Shown piece by piece: positions 28,786-38,291 of a DNA stretch of 64,000 nt (positions are counted from its first letter, which is position 1; every line of letters starts with the position of its first letter). The notes beneath the pieces were generated by a model. It was not told the origin of the DNA. It was given only the letters and a program-made list of their open reading frames with translations, and searched no databases. The translations under genes were made by a program, and so were the position numbers. Origin of the DNA: Candidatus Kryptoniota bacterium (GTDB lineage Bacteria > Bacteroidota > Ignavibacteria > Kryptoniales > JAKASW01); the NCBI GenBank assembly GCA_036567965.1, contig DATCTN010000029.1, forward strand, positions 6,932-70,931. Direction: 5' to 3'.

Positions 28786-29858
28786 CGGAAATACCGCCGG
28801 CTGATCCGCATCCCGCACGAATCATGGAGGAAATGAAACGCCGCGAGCGGAAACTGAATTTCTTCAATGCGATCCTCCTCGATATCTTCTTCGTGTTCTA
28901 CAGCATCGTCGTGGTGCAGAGGGCAATCTACTACAAGTTTCTCCTTGATCTGAGGGATCTCCCGTTTTCGTGGTACGAAATCGGCGCGATTTTCGTCTCG
29001 AGTGTGATAATCGGAACGCTCTGGGCATATTCGAGGACATCCCTATCGTGCAGGCTTTTCGGCGTCGCGAACGATAACAGAATCACAAAGTGGACGGTCG
29101 AGATATTCGGCTGGTTCCTGTTCAACATCACGTTCATCGCCGGCTGGGTCGTCACGAAAATTTCAATCATCGGCCTTTTCAGCACAGACGGCTTGCAGGG
29201 AGCTGCACGAATCTTCGGCGCGTTGTTCCGACCGGAACTCGGCATTTTCGACGACGCCCTGTTCGCAATGATCGAGACTGTCTACATCGCGCTGATGGCG
29301 ACTATGATTTCAATTCCGGTAACACTATTCATCAGTTTCTTCACCGCGAGGAACTTGATGAAAGACAACAAGCTAACGTTCGCTGTTTACTATTTCCTCC
29401 GGATCGTCTTGAATTTTGTCCGCTCGATCGAGCCCCTTATTTGGGCGATCATATTTTCGGTATGGGTAGGGATCGGCCCATTTGCCGGAATGATCGCGCT
29501 CCTGGTTCACACTATTGCATCAAACGCGAAACTGTACTCGGAGGCAATCGAAAGTATAGAAGAAGGTCCGGTTGAGGCGATCTCCGCGACCGGCGCTAAC
29601 AAGGTCCAGGTTGTCTGGCACGCTGTTGTGCCTCAAATTGTTCTCCCATTTCTCTCGTTCACGATCTACAGGTGGGACATAAACGTGAGGATGGCAACTG
29701 TCATCGGACTCGTCGGCGGCGGGGGAATCGGTACAATGCTGATGCAATATCAGGGACTCGCGCGATGGAGGGAAGTCGGGCTCATTGTTCTCATGATCGC
29801 GTTTGTCGTGTGGGTAATGGACTTCATAAGCGCAAAGATCAGGGAAGCGATCTACTGA
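28782..29858 (+). CDS. phnE: phosphonate ABC transporter permease with about 100-aa N-terminal membrane extension
   Basis: 358 aa. PhnE core (ETVYIALMATMISIP..., EAISATGANKVQVVWHAVVPQIVLPF, GGGGIG). 4-nt overlap with phnC. Confidence 0.85.
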   Translation: MTEIPPADPHPARIMEEMKRRERKLNFFNAILLDIFFVFYSIVVVQRAIYYKFLLDLRDLPFSWYEIGAIFVSSVIIGTLWAYSRTSLSCRLFGVANDNRITKWTVEIFGWFLFNITFIAGWVVTKISIIGLFSTDGLQGAARIFGALFRPELGIFDDALFAMIETVYIALMATMISIPVTLFISFFTARNLMKDNKLTFAVYYFLRIVLNFVRSIEPLIWAIIFSVWVGIGPFAGMIALLVHTIASNAKLYSEAIESIEEGPVEAISATGANKVQVVWHAVVPQIVLPFLSFTIYRWDINVRMATVIGLVGGGGIGTMLMQYQGLARWREVGLIVLMIAFVVWVMDFISAKIREAIY

Positions 29859-30063
29859 GCCATCCGCCGATGATTTGAATCAAGCTGTCGACCCCGCCAT
29901 CGACTCCCATACCTGATTGAACCGGTATGATTCCCGCAATTTAAACGTTCTTGTATGACGCGGGTCAAGTCTCATTTGAAGGTGAGCTTTCCGCGGTGTA
30001 TTTTTAAAAAGAGCGTCAGGTGTGATACCCGTATTCCTTAATTAGCAGCATGGAGAAAGTTGT

Positions 30064-30513
30064 ATGTCACTTGATTTCAGCGAAATTATTTTGAGTATCG
30101 AAGAGCGGGAAAGAAAGCATCTTTTGTCTTTCAATGAATCAGATGTAAGCAAGAGACCATCACCTGACAAGTGGAGCAAGAAGGAGATTCTAGGTCACCT
30201 CATCGATTCGGCAAGCAATAATCATCAGCGGTTCGTACGCGCGCTGCTCACAGACAAGCTCGAGTTTCCAGCGTACACACAGCGGGAGTGGGTCAAGAGT
30301 CAGAATTACACGGACGAAGGCTGGAACCAGCTCGTGGAGCTGTGGAGCTCATACAACCAGCATCTCGCGCACGTCGTGGCACAGGTCCCGTCGGGTAAAC
30401 TCACGACCCCCTGCAGGATCGGCACCAATGATGTCATGACGCTGGAGGCGCTCATTGCCGATTACGTCAAGCACATGGAACACCACCTGAAACAGTTGAG
30501 TGACGGAAAATAG
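30064..30513 (+). CDS. DinB-family (DinB_2-like) four-helix-bundle protein
   Basis: 149 aa. WSKKEILGHLIDSASNNHQRF and C-terminal HMEHHLKQL His triad pattern. RBS GGAGAAAG. Confidence 0.7.
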   Translation: MSLDFSEIILSIEERERKHLLSFNESDVSKRPSPDKWSKKEILGHLIDSASNNHQRFVRALLTDKLEFPAYTQREWVKSQNYTDEGWNQLVELWSSYNQHLAHVVAQVPSGKLTTPCRIGTNDVMTLEALIADYVKHMEHHLKQLSDGK

Positions 30514-30852
30514 TTCTGCATTACTCCGAGTGAGAACCGGGTCGAGCGTCCGATCCGGTCCGGGCTCTCGCGCACGAAGCCTGCGGTGCAACTTATTACG
30601 AATTCCAGAAACACATTCCGTCCGGCAAAATGACTTTTGAACCGAAGGAGGCTTCGACGGGGGTGTCCAAGACGGTCATATTTCATTCCGGTGTCCCATC
30701 TGAAAAGTACCCGGAGGAGTGACCGCAATGTCTCCCAGCCGTGTCTCGCCCCTCGTTCCGATTTCACACGAATGTTCACCCAGGATTTCGTTAATCATGA
30801 CGACCTGGGCCTTCTATAAGTTTCTTCTGAATGCGGACTGAAAGGATTTCCG

Positions 30853-31938
30853 ATGTCAGAATTCACAGAAAAGTCGCGCAGCTGGTCATACCACCGACAG
30901 CTCTTAGGCAAACGGGCAACCTGGGCAGATAAAGCATTAAGAGAGATCGTTGGTGTGAGCGGCTTGAATCAGGCGGGCGCACTCTCACTTCGTGCTCGCG
31001 TGAAATCTTTCGATGCGAAAAATTTTCTTGAACTGGACTGTAAACGTCTCGCGCTTCGTATTACCGGCATGAGGCGCGCTGTTTACATGGTCCCGGCAGA
31101 AAACGCGGGGGCTGTGTTCTCGGCAACCGCGGCCGACTCCCAATCTCCTCTTAGCCGCAACATGAGGACCGGGCCTTCAGCTCTTGACAAGAAGTACCGA
31201 GACCTCAGGGAGATGGTTGAAAAAGTGGCAATAAGTCCGCTCTCGCCGGTGGAGATCGCAGACGCGATAGGAATTCCCTTCCGAAATATCAGGCCGGTTA
31301 TTAGCAGAATGACATCTGAAGGACGTTTGCTCGCTGTCGGGTCGAAGAGCATTCACTCGAACTGTTTGAGTTACGTGTCTGCTCGCTCGTGGTCGGATCG
31401 CTTCGCGCCGGTTGAGAGGCGGAAAGCTCTGACCTGGCTCGCAGCTGAATACATTCGCGCGTTCGGACCGGTACGAATAAAGGATTACAGATGGTGGGCG
31501 GGAACAACACCCGATTGCGCGATCGGGTCGTTCATGGAGAATGATATTGCTGAAATCGAAAGTGGATATTTCATTCTCAAAAACGACCTGCCTTCGTACG
31601 ACAGATTCAGGCAACAGGAATTTGAAACCGTGGATCTCCTTCCGCTATGTGACCCTTACATTACCGGCTACGCGCCCGACGGGAGAGAGCGGTTCGTTGA
31701 CCGAAAATTCCAGACCAGAATTTTCGGAAAGGTCCCGCCAACCATCGAGCAGGGAGTAGTCCTAGTAAACGGGACGGCAAAAGGAACATGGAACTACGGG
31801 TTTGTCGGGGGCAAGATGATCGTGTATCTGAAAATGTTCGTGGAAGGGACCGGCAGACTGAACTCCGCGATAAATGAAGAGCTCAATCAAGTCGCAGAGT
31901 TGTTTCAGGTAAAGAGCATGGTTGTGCGAGCGAGATAG
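30853..31938 (+). CDS. winged-helix DNA-binding domain protein (HTH_42 / YcaQ-AlkZ-like)
   Basis: 361 aa. Family-like layout: N-terminal ...GLNQAGALSLRARV..., MRRAVYMVPAEN, C-terminal LLPLCDPYITGY. Confidence 0.6.
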   Translation: MSEFTEKSRSWSYHRQLLGKRATWADKALREIVGVSGLNQAGALSLRARVKSFDAKNFLELDCKRLALRITGMRRAVYMVPAENAGAVFSATAADSQSPLSRNMRTGPSALDKKYRDLREMVEKVAISPLSPVEIADAIGIPFRNIRPVISRMTSEGRLLAVGSKSIHSNCLSYVSARSWSDRFAPVERRKALTWLAAEYIRAFGPVRIKDYRWWAGTTPDCAIGSFMENDIAEIESGYFILKNDLPSYDRFRQQEFETVDLLPLCDPYITGYAPDGRERFVDRKFQTRIFGKVPPTIEQGVVLVNGTAKGTWNYGFVGGKMIVYLKMFVEGTGRLNSAINEELNQVAELFQVKSMVVRAR

Positions 31939-31967
31939 TCTCCACCCGGAGAAAAATTTCCGAAAGG

Positions 31968-32534
31968 CTATCCTTTCATCAGTCGTCGCCTGTTGAACCT
32001 CAGGCTGTCCAATCTGACGTTTATCGGAATCCCCTGTGGAAATCTCGAGAATTTCTTGATCCCCAACCACCAATCTATGGTAGGGTCCTCTTGCTCATAG
32101 TGGTCCGCCCAGGAATCTGCCGAGGCTGATGCTGTTCCAACGATAATCCACGTCGGGAATGTAAAGATGAGTCCCAAACCGTGCGAGGCGGTCGAGAGCA
32201 CCCCAAGAAGCGTCCACTCACCGAGCATGTTTGTCTCGTTCGAGTGTAGCTCGAGGATGGCCCGTTGAATGTTGCCACAACGAACTACTGTTGCCCTCGT
32301 CTCAGTCAGGACATAAACATTGCTATCCTGATAAGCGATAAATTCACCTTTGACGACAGCTTGCGGGCCCGTTCCATTTGTTTCCAGGGTAATCCATCCG
32401 CCGTAGACCTCCCATTGCGTCTCGGTGTCTTCAACCAGGTACCCCGATGGAGCTCGAGTCGTCGCGCACCCGGAAGTCCCGAGAACGGCGAGTGCACAGA
32501 GAGGAGCCAGCAGAACAATCTTAATGCTCGACAT
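31968..32534 (-). CDS. lipoprotein with C-terminal hydrophobic segments, unknown function
   Basis: 188 aa. Lipobox LGTSGC. 14-nt overlap with the upstream gene. Confidence 0.55.
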   Translation of the reverse strand: MSSIKIVLLAPLCALAVLGTSGCATTRAPSGYLVEDTETQWEVYGGWITLETNGTGPQAVVKGEFIAYQDSNVYVLTETRATVVRCGNIQRAILELHSNETNMLGEWTLLGVLSTASHGLGLIFTFPTWIIVGTASASADSWADHYEQEDPTIDWWLGIKKFSRFPQGIPINVRLDSLRFNRRRLMKG

Positions 32535-34080
32535 ATTTGCTTCTCCAGAAACTCTGTTCCATGAAGGGCTCGACCTTTTTGAAACGAGGTGCCAGAATCT
32601 TGAGATACCGGCCTGGGTCCGAGAACATCGTAAGAGTCATGCTGGGATCCTCTTCCGCGAGCCACTCTTTTCTCACCCACTCCAAATAATATCCCCTTGC
32701 TTGGAGGAATATCTCGTAATTTTCATAATCTTCGGGCATCCTGTAGATGATTGAATACTTATCTCCCGGCATTGTGACAAGGGAAGTTCCCGAGCCGCTC
32801 AGGCTTTCCTTTGCCACATCATCGTTCGTTGAGTCACCGCGAATCACGGCCAGCGGTTGGATTGTTACCGGCTCAACTCTCTTATCCAATCCGGCAAGTG
32901 CCACATAGTCGATCCGCCATAAGCCTTTCGTCATTACGAGCCGGATCTTTACCTGACCTGAAGTCAGTCGAGGGAGCGGAACCAGTTCGAAATTGGTAGC
33001 GATTGGACCTATCTCTGAGACCTCTCCGGCTTTTTCCCATGCTCCATCGTTTCCTCGTACCATCACGTCAATTCCGCCTATCGCTCCCCAGAAAAGGGTT
33101 TTGGCTTTGGTAACGTAATCCGAATTCTGTCTCTGCAAATCCGCGACCAAGTAGCCGGAGGAATTTCCCATGAATGCCAGCGCCTGATAGAATAGATACG
33201 TTGTCAAAAGCGTCTGCCTGTACCCGATAACTAAGCCGGCCTCAGATGATGGCGCCCGGTTAAATGTAAGGTAAATACTTTCCTTTGCAGCAAGGTCATT
33301 TGAGTCGGCTGCACTGCATCGTTCGATTCCATCCGCCGCTGAAATCTGCTGCAAGCAGTCGCCCTCATCTGCAACTGCGGATTGAGGCGCAATCCTCTCC
33401 TTAGACTCGAAGAACTCTCCGGACGGCGTAACAAACACTCGAGCGCCCCTTGAACGCGGGGCGAGAAGTATATGCGCGAACTTTATGACGTGTGTCTCCA
33501 TCGCTTCGTTGGTGAGCACCACTTCAAGGTTCCTGTTAACGGGCTTTGCCATGTAGAGGGCGTCAATGTCAGTCGCCTCGAAGGAGGGAGTAACACTTGC
33601 GGAAAATGCTTCGGCTTGAACCTTCATTCTCTTACCATCCCACACATAAAACGTCGGACACGAGCCGAAGCAGGCTTTCGGATGAGTAAGACAGAATACC
33701 GTCAGCGCGGCGGACACGCCGGTGACAATACACATTGCCATAAGCGGACCTGAAGAGCTCACGACGTTGCTCTCAAACAAAGCGACGTCCCCGAGTGGAA
33801 TTGCAAAACTGTCCTGCTTCACCAACGCACGATATGGGTCGAAGAGTCGCCCTTTTCCGTAGACCTCTCTGCTTTCCTCGTTCACCTTCCAGTTCTCCAG
33901 AACGTAAACGTCACCGTTCATCATGTGTACTTTCAGGAACTTTGACGATTCAGTGATCTTTCCTGACTCCAAAACCTGGTACGTGCTTCTGGCCACCCGG
34001 TTGGATGAACATCCGGCGACAAGAATGATCGAGCATGAAAATGCGGCAGCAAAAAATATTACCTGTTGTCTTTGGTGCAT
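32521..34080 (-). CDS. lipoprotein with internal hydrophobic segment, unknown function
   Basis: 519 aa. Lipobox LVAGCSS. Hydrophobic stretch GPLMAMCIVTGVSAALTVFCL followed by CFGSCPTFY. Confidence 0.6.
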   Translation of the reverse strand: MHQRQQVIFFAAAFSCSIILVAGCSSNRVARSTYQVLESGKITESSKFLKVHMMNGDVYVLENWKVNEESREVYGKGRLFDPYRALVKQDSFAIPLGDVALFESNVVSSSGPLMAMCIVTGVSAALTVFCLTHPKACFGSCPTFYVWDGKRMKVQAEAFSASVTPSFEATDIDALYMAKPVNRNLEVVLTNEAMETHVIKFAHILLAPRSRGARVFVTPSGEFFESKERIAPQSAVADEGDCLQQISAADGIERCSAADSNDLAAKESIYLTFNRAPSSEAGLVIGYRQTLLTTYLFYQALAFMGNSSGYLVADLQRQNSDYVTKAKTLFWGAIGGIDVMVRGNDGAWEKAGEVSEIGPIATNFELVPLPRLTSGQVKIRLVMTKGLWRIDYVALAGLDKRVEPVTIQPLAVIRGDSTNDDVAKESLSGSGTSLVTMPGDKYSIIYRMPEDYENYEIFLQARGYYLEWVRKEWLAEEDPSMTLTMFSDPGRYLKILAPRFKKVEPFMEQSFWRSKYVEH

Positions 34081-34343
34081 TGATTTGCCTCCTGACTTGT
34101 CATACCCAGCGACGCAGGCAAGTTAATAATATGCAACGAATATCTCATTCCCCGCTGAAGGACTATAAGTCAGATCCGGCTCTTTCGCCGCATTTTAATC
34201 GCCGTCGGATCGACTCATGCAGACCGGCGACGGCCGCGGATCCCGGTCTCTTCATACCTCACCCATGAGCAGTGAGGAAGATTAAGACCTCAAGATATTA
34301 CTCCGCGTTGCCTCGCGCTGTAAATCGGATCAAAACATTCCGC

Positions 34344-34372
34344 TTGACTGGATGTCGTTTTCTCTCTAACTT
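34344..34372 (+). promoter_or_regulatory. candidate sigma70-type promoter for the riboswitch transcript
   Basis: TTGACT (34344..34349), a 17-nt spacer, then TAACTT (34367..34372), about 27 nt upstream of riboswitch P1. Confidence 0.35.
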
Positions 34373-34398
34373 TCTGACGAGTTCTTTAAAACGATTTT

Positions 34399-34588
34399 AG
34401 TTCTGGTGTCCGTCCGCTCTTGTAACGGACCGACTAAAAGGGAACCCCGTCCGGAGAATTTACCGGGATAAATCGGGAGCTGCCCCGCAACTGTAACCGG
34501 CACCACGTCGCCTCCCACTGCTTTGCATCAAGCAGGGCGGGAAGGGTGGCGACATCCCAGGCCGTAAGCCAGGAGACCTGCCAGGACT
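34399..34588 (+). promoter_or_regulatory. cobalamin (B12) riboswitch aptamer
   Basis: P1 AGTTCTGG (34399..34406) pairs with CCAGGACT (34581..34588). Conserved cores AAAAGGGAA, GCTGCCCCGCAACTGTAA and the B12 box AAGCCAGGAGACCTGCC. Sits upstream of a TonB-dependent receptor. Confidence 0.85.
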
Positions 34589-34659
34589 TTCACGAATCAA
34601 ATGCCTTCGAGGGAGAGGCCGAATTCACGGCGCAGCAGCGCCGGAGTTTTATCTTTCAG

Positions 34660-34686
34660 CCCGCCCTCATTGGCGGGTTTTTTGTT
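34660..34686 (+). terminator. intrinsic terminator (riboswitch expression platform)
   Basis: Stem CCCGCC (34660..34665) / GGCGGG (34672..34677) followed by TTTTTTGTTT. The T-tract region ends about 9 nt before the receptor ATG. Confidence 0.75.
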
Positions 34687-34694
34687 TCTACCGA

Positions 34695-36614
34695 ATGATA
34701 TTGATAGCTCTGACATTGTCGATTAACGATCCGGCCACCGACTCAACCCGCACATTCCGCGCGCCGGAAGTCGTCGTGTCGTCGACGCGCATCCCGCTTA
34801 AACCGGAAGACTCGCCCCAAAAGGTCGACCGCTTCGATGTGAAGGATCTGAATCCTCTCGGCATCTCGACCGCGGCAGAAGTATTTTCCCTCGCGCCGGG
34901 AGTGTTCGTTAAAGATTACGGCCCTGCTCAACTGTCGACGATAAGCATCCGTGGAACTACAGCTGAAGAAACTCTATTCCTCTTTGACGGAGTCAGATTA
35001 AACGGGATTCAAAACGGACTCGTGGATAATTTCCTCGTGCCGATGTCCGATATCGGTTCGATCGAAGTCTCTCATGGGGGTGCGTCGGCCCTCTACGGTG
35101 CGGACGCGATGGGCGGAGTCGTGAGCATGTCGACTGAATTACCGAAATCGTCCTCGATGAGTATCAACGCTGGCGCCGGTTCATTCGGAGATCAGCAAGT
35201 CGGCGGAAGGATTTCTCAGCTCTTCGGAGGCGCGTCAATTACCGTCGCTGCAAACCAGGAGCGGGCAAGAAACAATTACGATTTTATTTTCGGCGACGGT
35301 GCAGAAAATTTCGCAATGAGTAGAACAGGCGCCGATTTTATGAAGCGCGACGAGCTCGCGAGCATCGGCGTTCCGACATGGAATGGCTACACAACCTTCA
35401 TTGTCCAGAATGTCGATGCAGACCGCGGAACTCCAGGCGCCGTAACCGGTCCATATTTCACCGGAGTGGCGAGAGAGCATGACAAAAATACGGTCGCTAT
35501 CCTTCAGAATTCCGGCACTCTCGGTGCGGCAAACTACACGGCAGGTCTCGGTACGGTCTATGGTTATCTGCATTACACGGATCCATCTCTTCTCGTGAAT
35601 GGAAATGAAACGAACGATTACTACAAAATGCTTTCGTTCCAGCCCGGCCTGCAATTATCCTTCGGTGATAAAAGGGAAAATCTTATTGCCGGACTCGACG
35701 GGGAGTCGGACCGCGCGGCAAGTTCGGAAATGAATGAAATAAGAGATCGACAAAGGTTAGGAGTCTTCGCGAGCGGATCTTTCGTAATCAACGAAAAACA
35801 AAATTTTGAGATGAGTATATTCCCTGCTGCGAGATTCGACGACTACTCGGATTTCGGGAGTTCGATTAGCCCCCGTCTCGGGATAAACGTTAAACCTGCG
35901 GCGGCAGTCCCGATCCACCTCCGCGCGAGTTTCGGGACTGCGTTCCGAGCACCGACATTCAACGATCTCTACTACGGCGGATTGGGAAATCCCAACCTCA
36001 AGCCCGAAAGATCCGTCGACTACGATGCCGGGATAATCATGAATTTGGATTCACCTCTCGACATATTCATAGACGCGGGTTACTACAACATCGAGACTCG
36101 CGACGGAATTGTCTGGCTTCCTAAAACCGCGACAATCTGGCTGCCCACAAACTATTCGAAGATTTCGTCCCGGGGTGTCGAAGCAAGCCTTCAGGCGAGC
36201 TGGAAAAGTTTCATCATGCTAAGAGGTAGTTACTCCGTCGGTAAATCCCTGGACGTTTCGGACCCGTCCGATCAATCGTCATACATGAAACAATTGATTT
36301 ACACTCCCGAGGAACAAGCTTCACTTCTTGCGACTTTCTCGCCCTCGATTTTCAAACTTTCAGCAATCGTCAGGTATGTCGGTTTCAGATTCTTCACTCA
36401 ATCGAACGACCAATTCCTGCCGTCATTTACCACCACAGATATTTCCGCGTCGGCGGGATTTCGCTTCGGTCACACAACGGTCGTGCCCCTATTCCGGATT
36501 AACAATGTATTCAATCTCACCTACCAGGTTTTACCTCAATACCCCGCTCCGATGAGGACGTTCGATTTCGATCTTGAAATAAGACTTGACCAATCACCCC
36601 GCGAGGCGTCATGA
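34695..36614 (+). CDS. btuB: TonB-dependent receptor, BtuB-like (B12-riboswitch controlled)
   Basis: 639 aa. Plug start EVVVSSTR, IRGT...LFDGVRLNG, and a C-terminal beta-barrel ending in an aromatic-rich region. Function is inferred from the riboswitch. Confidence 0.88.
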   Translation: MILIALTLSINDPATDSTRTFRAPEVVVSSTRIPLKPEDSPQKVDRFDVKDLNPLGISTAAEVFSLAPGVFVKDYGPAQLSTISIRGTTAEETLFLFDGVRLNGIQNGLVDNFLVPMSDIGSIEVSHGGASALYGADAMGGVVSMSTELPKSSSMSINAGAGSFGDQQVGGRISQLFGGASITVAANQERARNNYDFIFGDGAENFAMSRTGADFMKRDELASIGVPTWNGYTTFIVQNVDADRGTPGAVTGPYFTGVAREHDKNTVAILQNSGTLGAANYTAGLGTVYGYLHYTDPSLLVNGNETNDYYKMLSFQPGLQLSFGDKRENLIAGLDGESDRAASSEMNEIRDRQRLGVFASGSFVINEKQNFEMSIFPAARFDDYSDFGSSISPRLGINVKPAAAVPIHLRASFGTAFRAPTFNDLYYGGLGNPNLKPERSVDYDAGIIMNLDSPLDIFIDAGYYNIETRDGIVWLPKTATIWLPTNYSKISSRGVEASLQASWKSFIMLRGSYSVGKSLDVSDPSDQSSYMKQLIYTPEEQASLLATFSPSIFKLSAIVRYVGFRFFTQSNDQFLPSFTTTDISASAGFRFGHTTVVPLFRINNVFNLTYQVLPQYPAPMRTFDFDLEIRLDQSPREAS

Positions 36615-37666
36615 AAAGAATTTTGGTTCTCGCATTCACAACTTTTGTCATCAGCTCATGTGTAAAATCGCCGACGGGTCCGGGCGGCGGAAACACGCTC
36701 ACTAACGCTTCGGTCGTGTACGTCGTCAACGAAGGCAACTTCGGAAAAGGCAACTCGAGTCTCACGGCGTATTATCCGGATTCGAACGCGGCGGTCACCG
36801 ACGTATTCAAGATTGTAAACGGGCGGAATCTGGGAGACACCGGAAACGACATCGCAATTTTCGATCAGAAGGCTTATATCGTAGTAAATAATTCCGACAA
36901 GATTGAAATCATCAATTCACAGAACGCATCGTGGGTCGGAACCATTTATTTCGCGGCTGGGACAAGTCCGTACAGGATTGCGATCGACGCGCAGGACAAT
37001 TTAGGATTCGTCTCTGATCTACAAACAAACGCGGTGTCCGTAGTAAACCTCACCACAAATTCTCTGACGGGCGATACGATTTCTGTCGGAAATAATCCGT
37101 ACGGCATTGCATACTATTCGGGATACGTATTCGCCGCGAATTCCGGTTACGGATCGGGCAATACCGTGAGCGTGATAGACGCGGTGTCGAGGAAAGTAGT
37201 GAAGACGGTGACTGTCGGGACAGGTCCCACTGAAGTGTTATCAGATGGGAGCGGAGTCGTGTGGGTAGTATGTCCTGGAAATATCGGCGACATCGGGAAG
37301 GTTTATCTCATCAATACCTCGACGCTCGCGGTGGTCGACTCGATCAACACGAACGCGGGCATCTCGGCGTACGGCGGACATGCGTTCGCATTTGACGCCG
37401 ACAGAGGCGCCGCTTACTTGATTGCCGACAGCTCCGTGATTAAGTTAAACCTGACAACGCACCAGATTTTGAACGACAACTTTATAAGCGGGACTTTCTT
37501 CGGAATGTCTGTAGACGGAGCGACAGGCAATATATTTCTCACGGACGCGAAGGACTACCAGTCGAACGGACAAGTTTACATTTATTCGCCCACCGGAACG
37601 TACACCAGCAAGTCCTTTACCGCGGGAATTATTCCGGACGCCATGGCATTCCAGAGAGGATTTTAG
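36611..37666 (+). CDS. surface/periplasmic beta-propeller lipoprotein (YncE/YVTN-like repeats)
   Basis: 351 aa. Lipobox VISSCV. Repeated ...G..P..IA...vaN.....VSVID... blades. ATGA 4-nt overlap with the receptor gene. Confidence 0.7.
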   Translation: MKRILVLAFTTFVISSCVKSPTGPGGGNTLTNASVVYVVNEGNFGKGNSSLTAYYPDSNAAVTDVFKIVNGRNLGDTGNDIAIFDQKAYIVVNNSDKIEIINSQNASWVGTIYFAAGTSPYRIAIDAQDNLGFVSDLQTNAVSVVNLTTNSLTGDTISVGNNPYGIAYYSGYVFAANSGYGSGNTVSVIDAVSRKVVKTVTVGTGPTEVLSDGSGVVWVVCPGNIGDIGKVYLINTSTLAVVDSINTNAGISAYGGHAFAFDADRGAAYLIADSSVIKLNLTTHQILNDNFISGTFFGMSVDGATGNIFLTDAKDYQSNGQVYIYSPTGTYTSKSFTAGIIPDAMAFQRGF

Positions 37667-37727
37667 TTGAAGAGAATTTTCATTTCAGATTCGGAAACGA
37701 TTTCATAACGATTACCCGGAGGCAACA

Positions 37728-38237
37728 ATGAACATAATATTCGCGCTCATACTGATAGTGTTCGCCGCGTTTTCGAGACTTATCCCGCACGCGCCGAACT
37801 TCACGCCAATAATTTCGACGGCACTTTTTGCGGGAGCGTACCTGAACAAGCGTTACGCATACCTCGTCCCCGTGGCAGCGATGCTTCTAAGCGACGCCCT
37901 GATCGGATTTTACGGGATCAGTTCGATGGCGTTCACATACGGAAGCTTACTGATGATTGTTGCACTCGGACTCACGATGGGAAAGAAAGTTTCCGCATTA
38001 AGAATCGGATCGCTGTCGCTGGCCGGCGCGGTTCTGTTTTTCATCGTGACCAATTTCGGAGTCTGGGTGCTGCCATATTCGATTTACCCGAAGACTTTTG
38101 CCGGACTCGTGCAGTGCTATGTAATGGCGATACCCTTCTTTGGAAACACGGCGTACAGCGCTTTGATATACAGCGCGTTGATGTTCGGAGTTTATGAGCT
38201 GGCAGAGAAGTTCGTATTCAAGACGAAGACGGCGTAA
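37728..38237 (+). CDS. small polytopic membrane protein, unknown function
   Basis: 169 aa with 5-6 helices. RLIPHAPNFTPIISTALFAGAYL motif. Strong RBS GGAGGCAACAATG. I recall similar proteins filed under a DUF family, but this is unverified. Confidence 0.7.
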   Translation: MNIIFALILIVFAAFSRLIPHAPNFTPIISTALFAGAYLNKRYAYLVPVAAMLLSDALIGFYGISSMAFTYGSLLMIVALGLTMGKKVSALRIGSLSLAGAVLFFIVTNFGVWVLPYSIYPKTFAGLVQCYVMAIPFFGNTAYSALIYSALMFGVYELAEKFVFKTKTA

Positions 38238-38291
38238 TTACAGGGAATACTCCCGGGACGCATCTTTGACGACAGAAAGGAAGAAGTACTG

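Noticed and set aside
34601-34735. 44-codon ORF starting at ATG 34601 that reads through the riboswitch terminator and might supply a longer signal peptide to the receptor
   Set aside because: It is in a different frame from the receptor and ends at 34733..34735. Fusing the two would require an assumed frameshift that I cannot support. It is kept only as a note that the receptor's predicted signal peptide is short.
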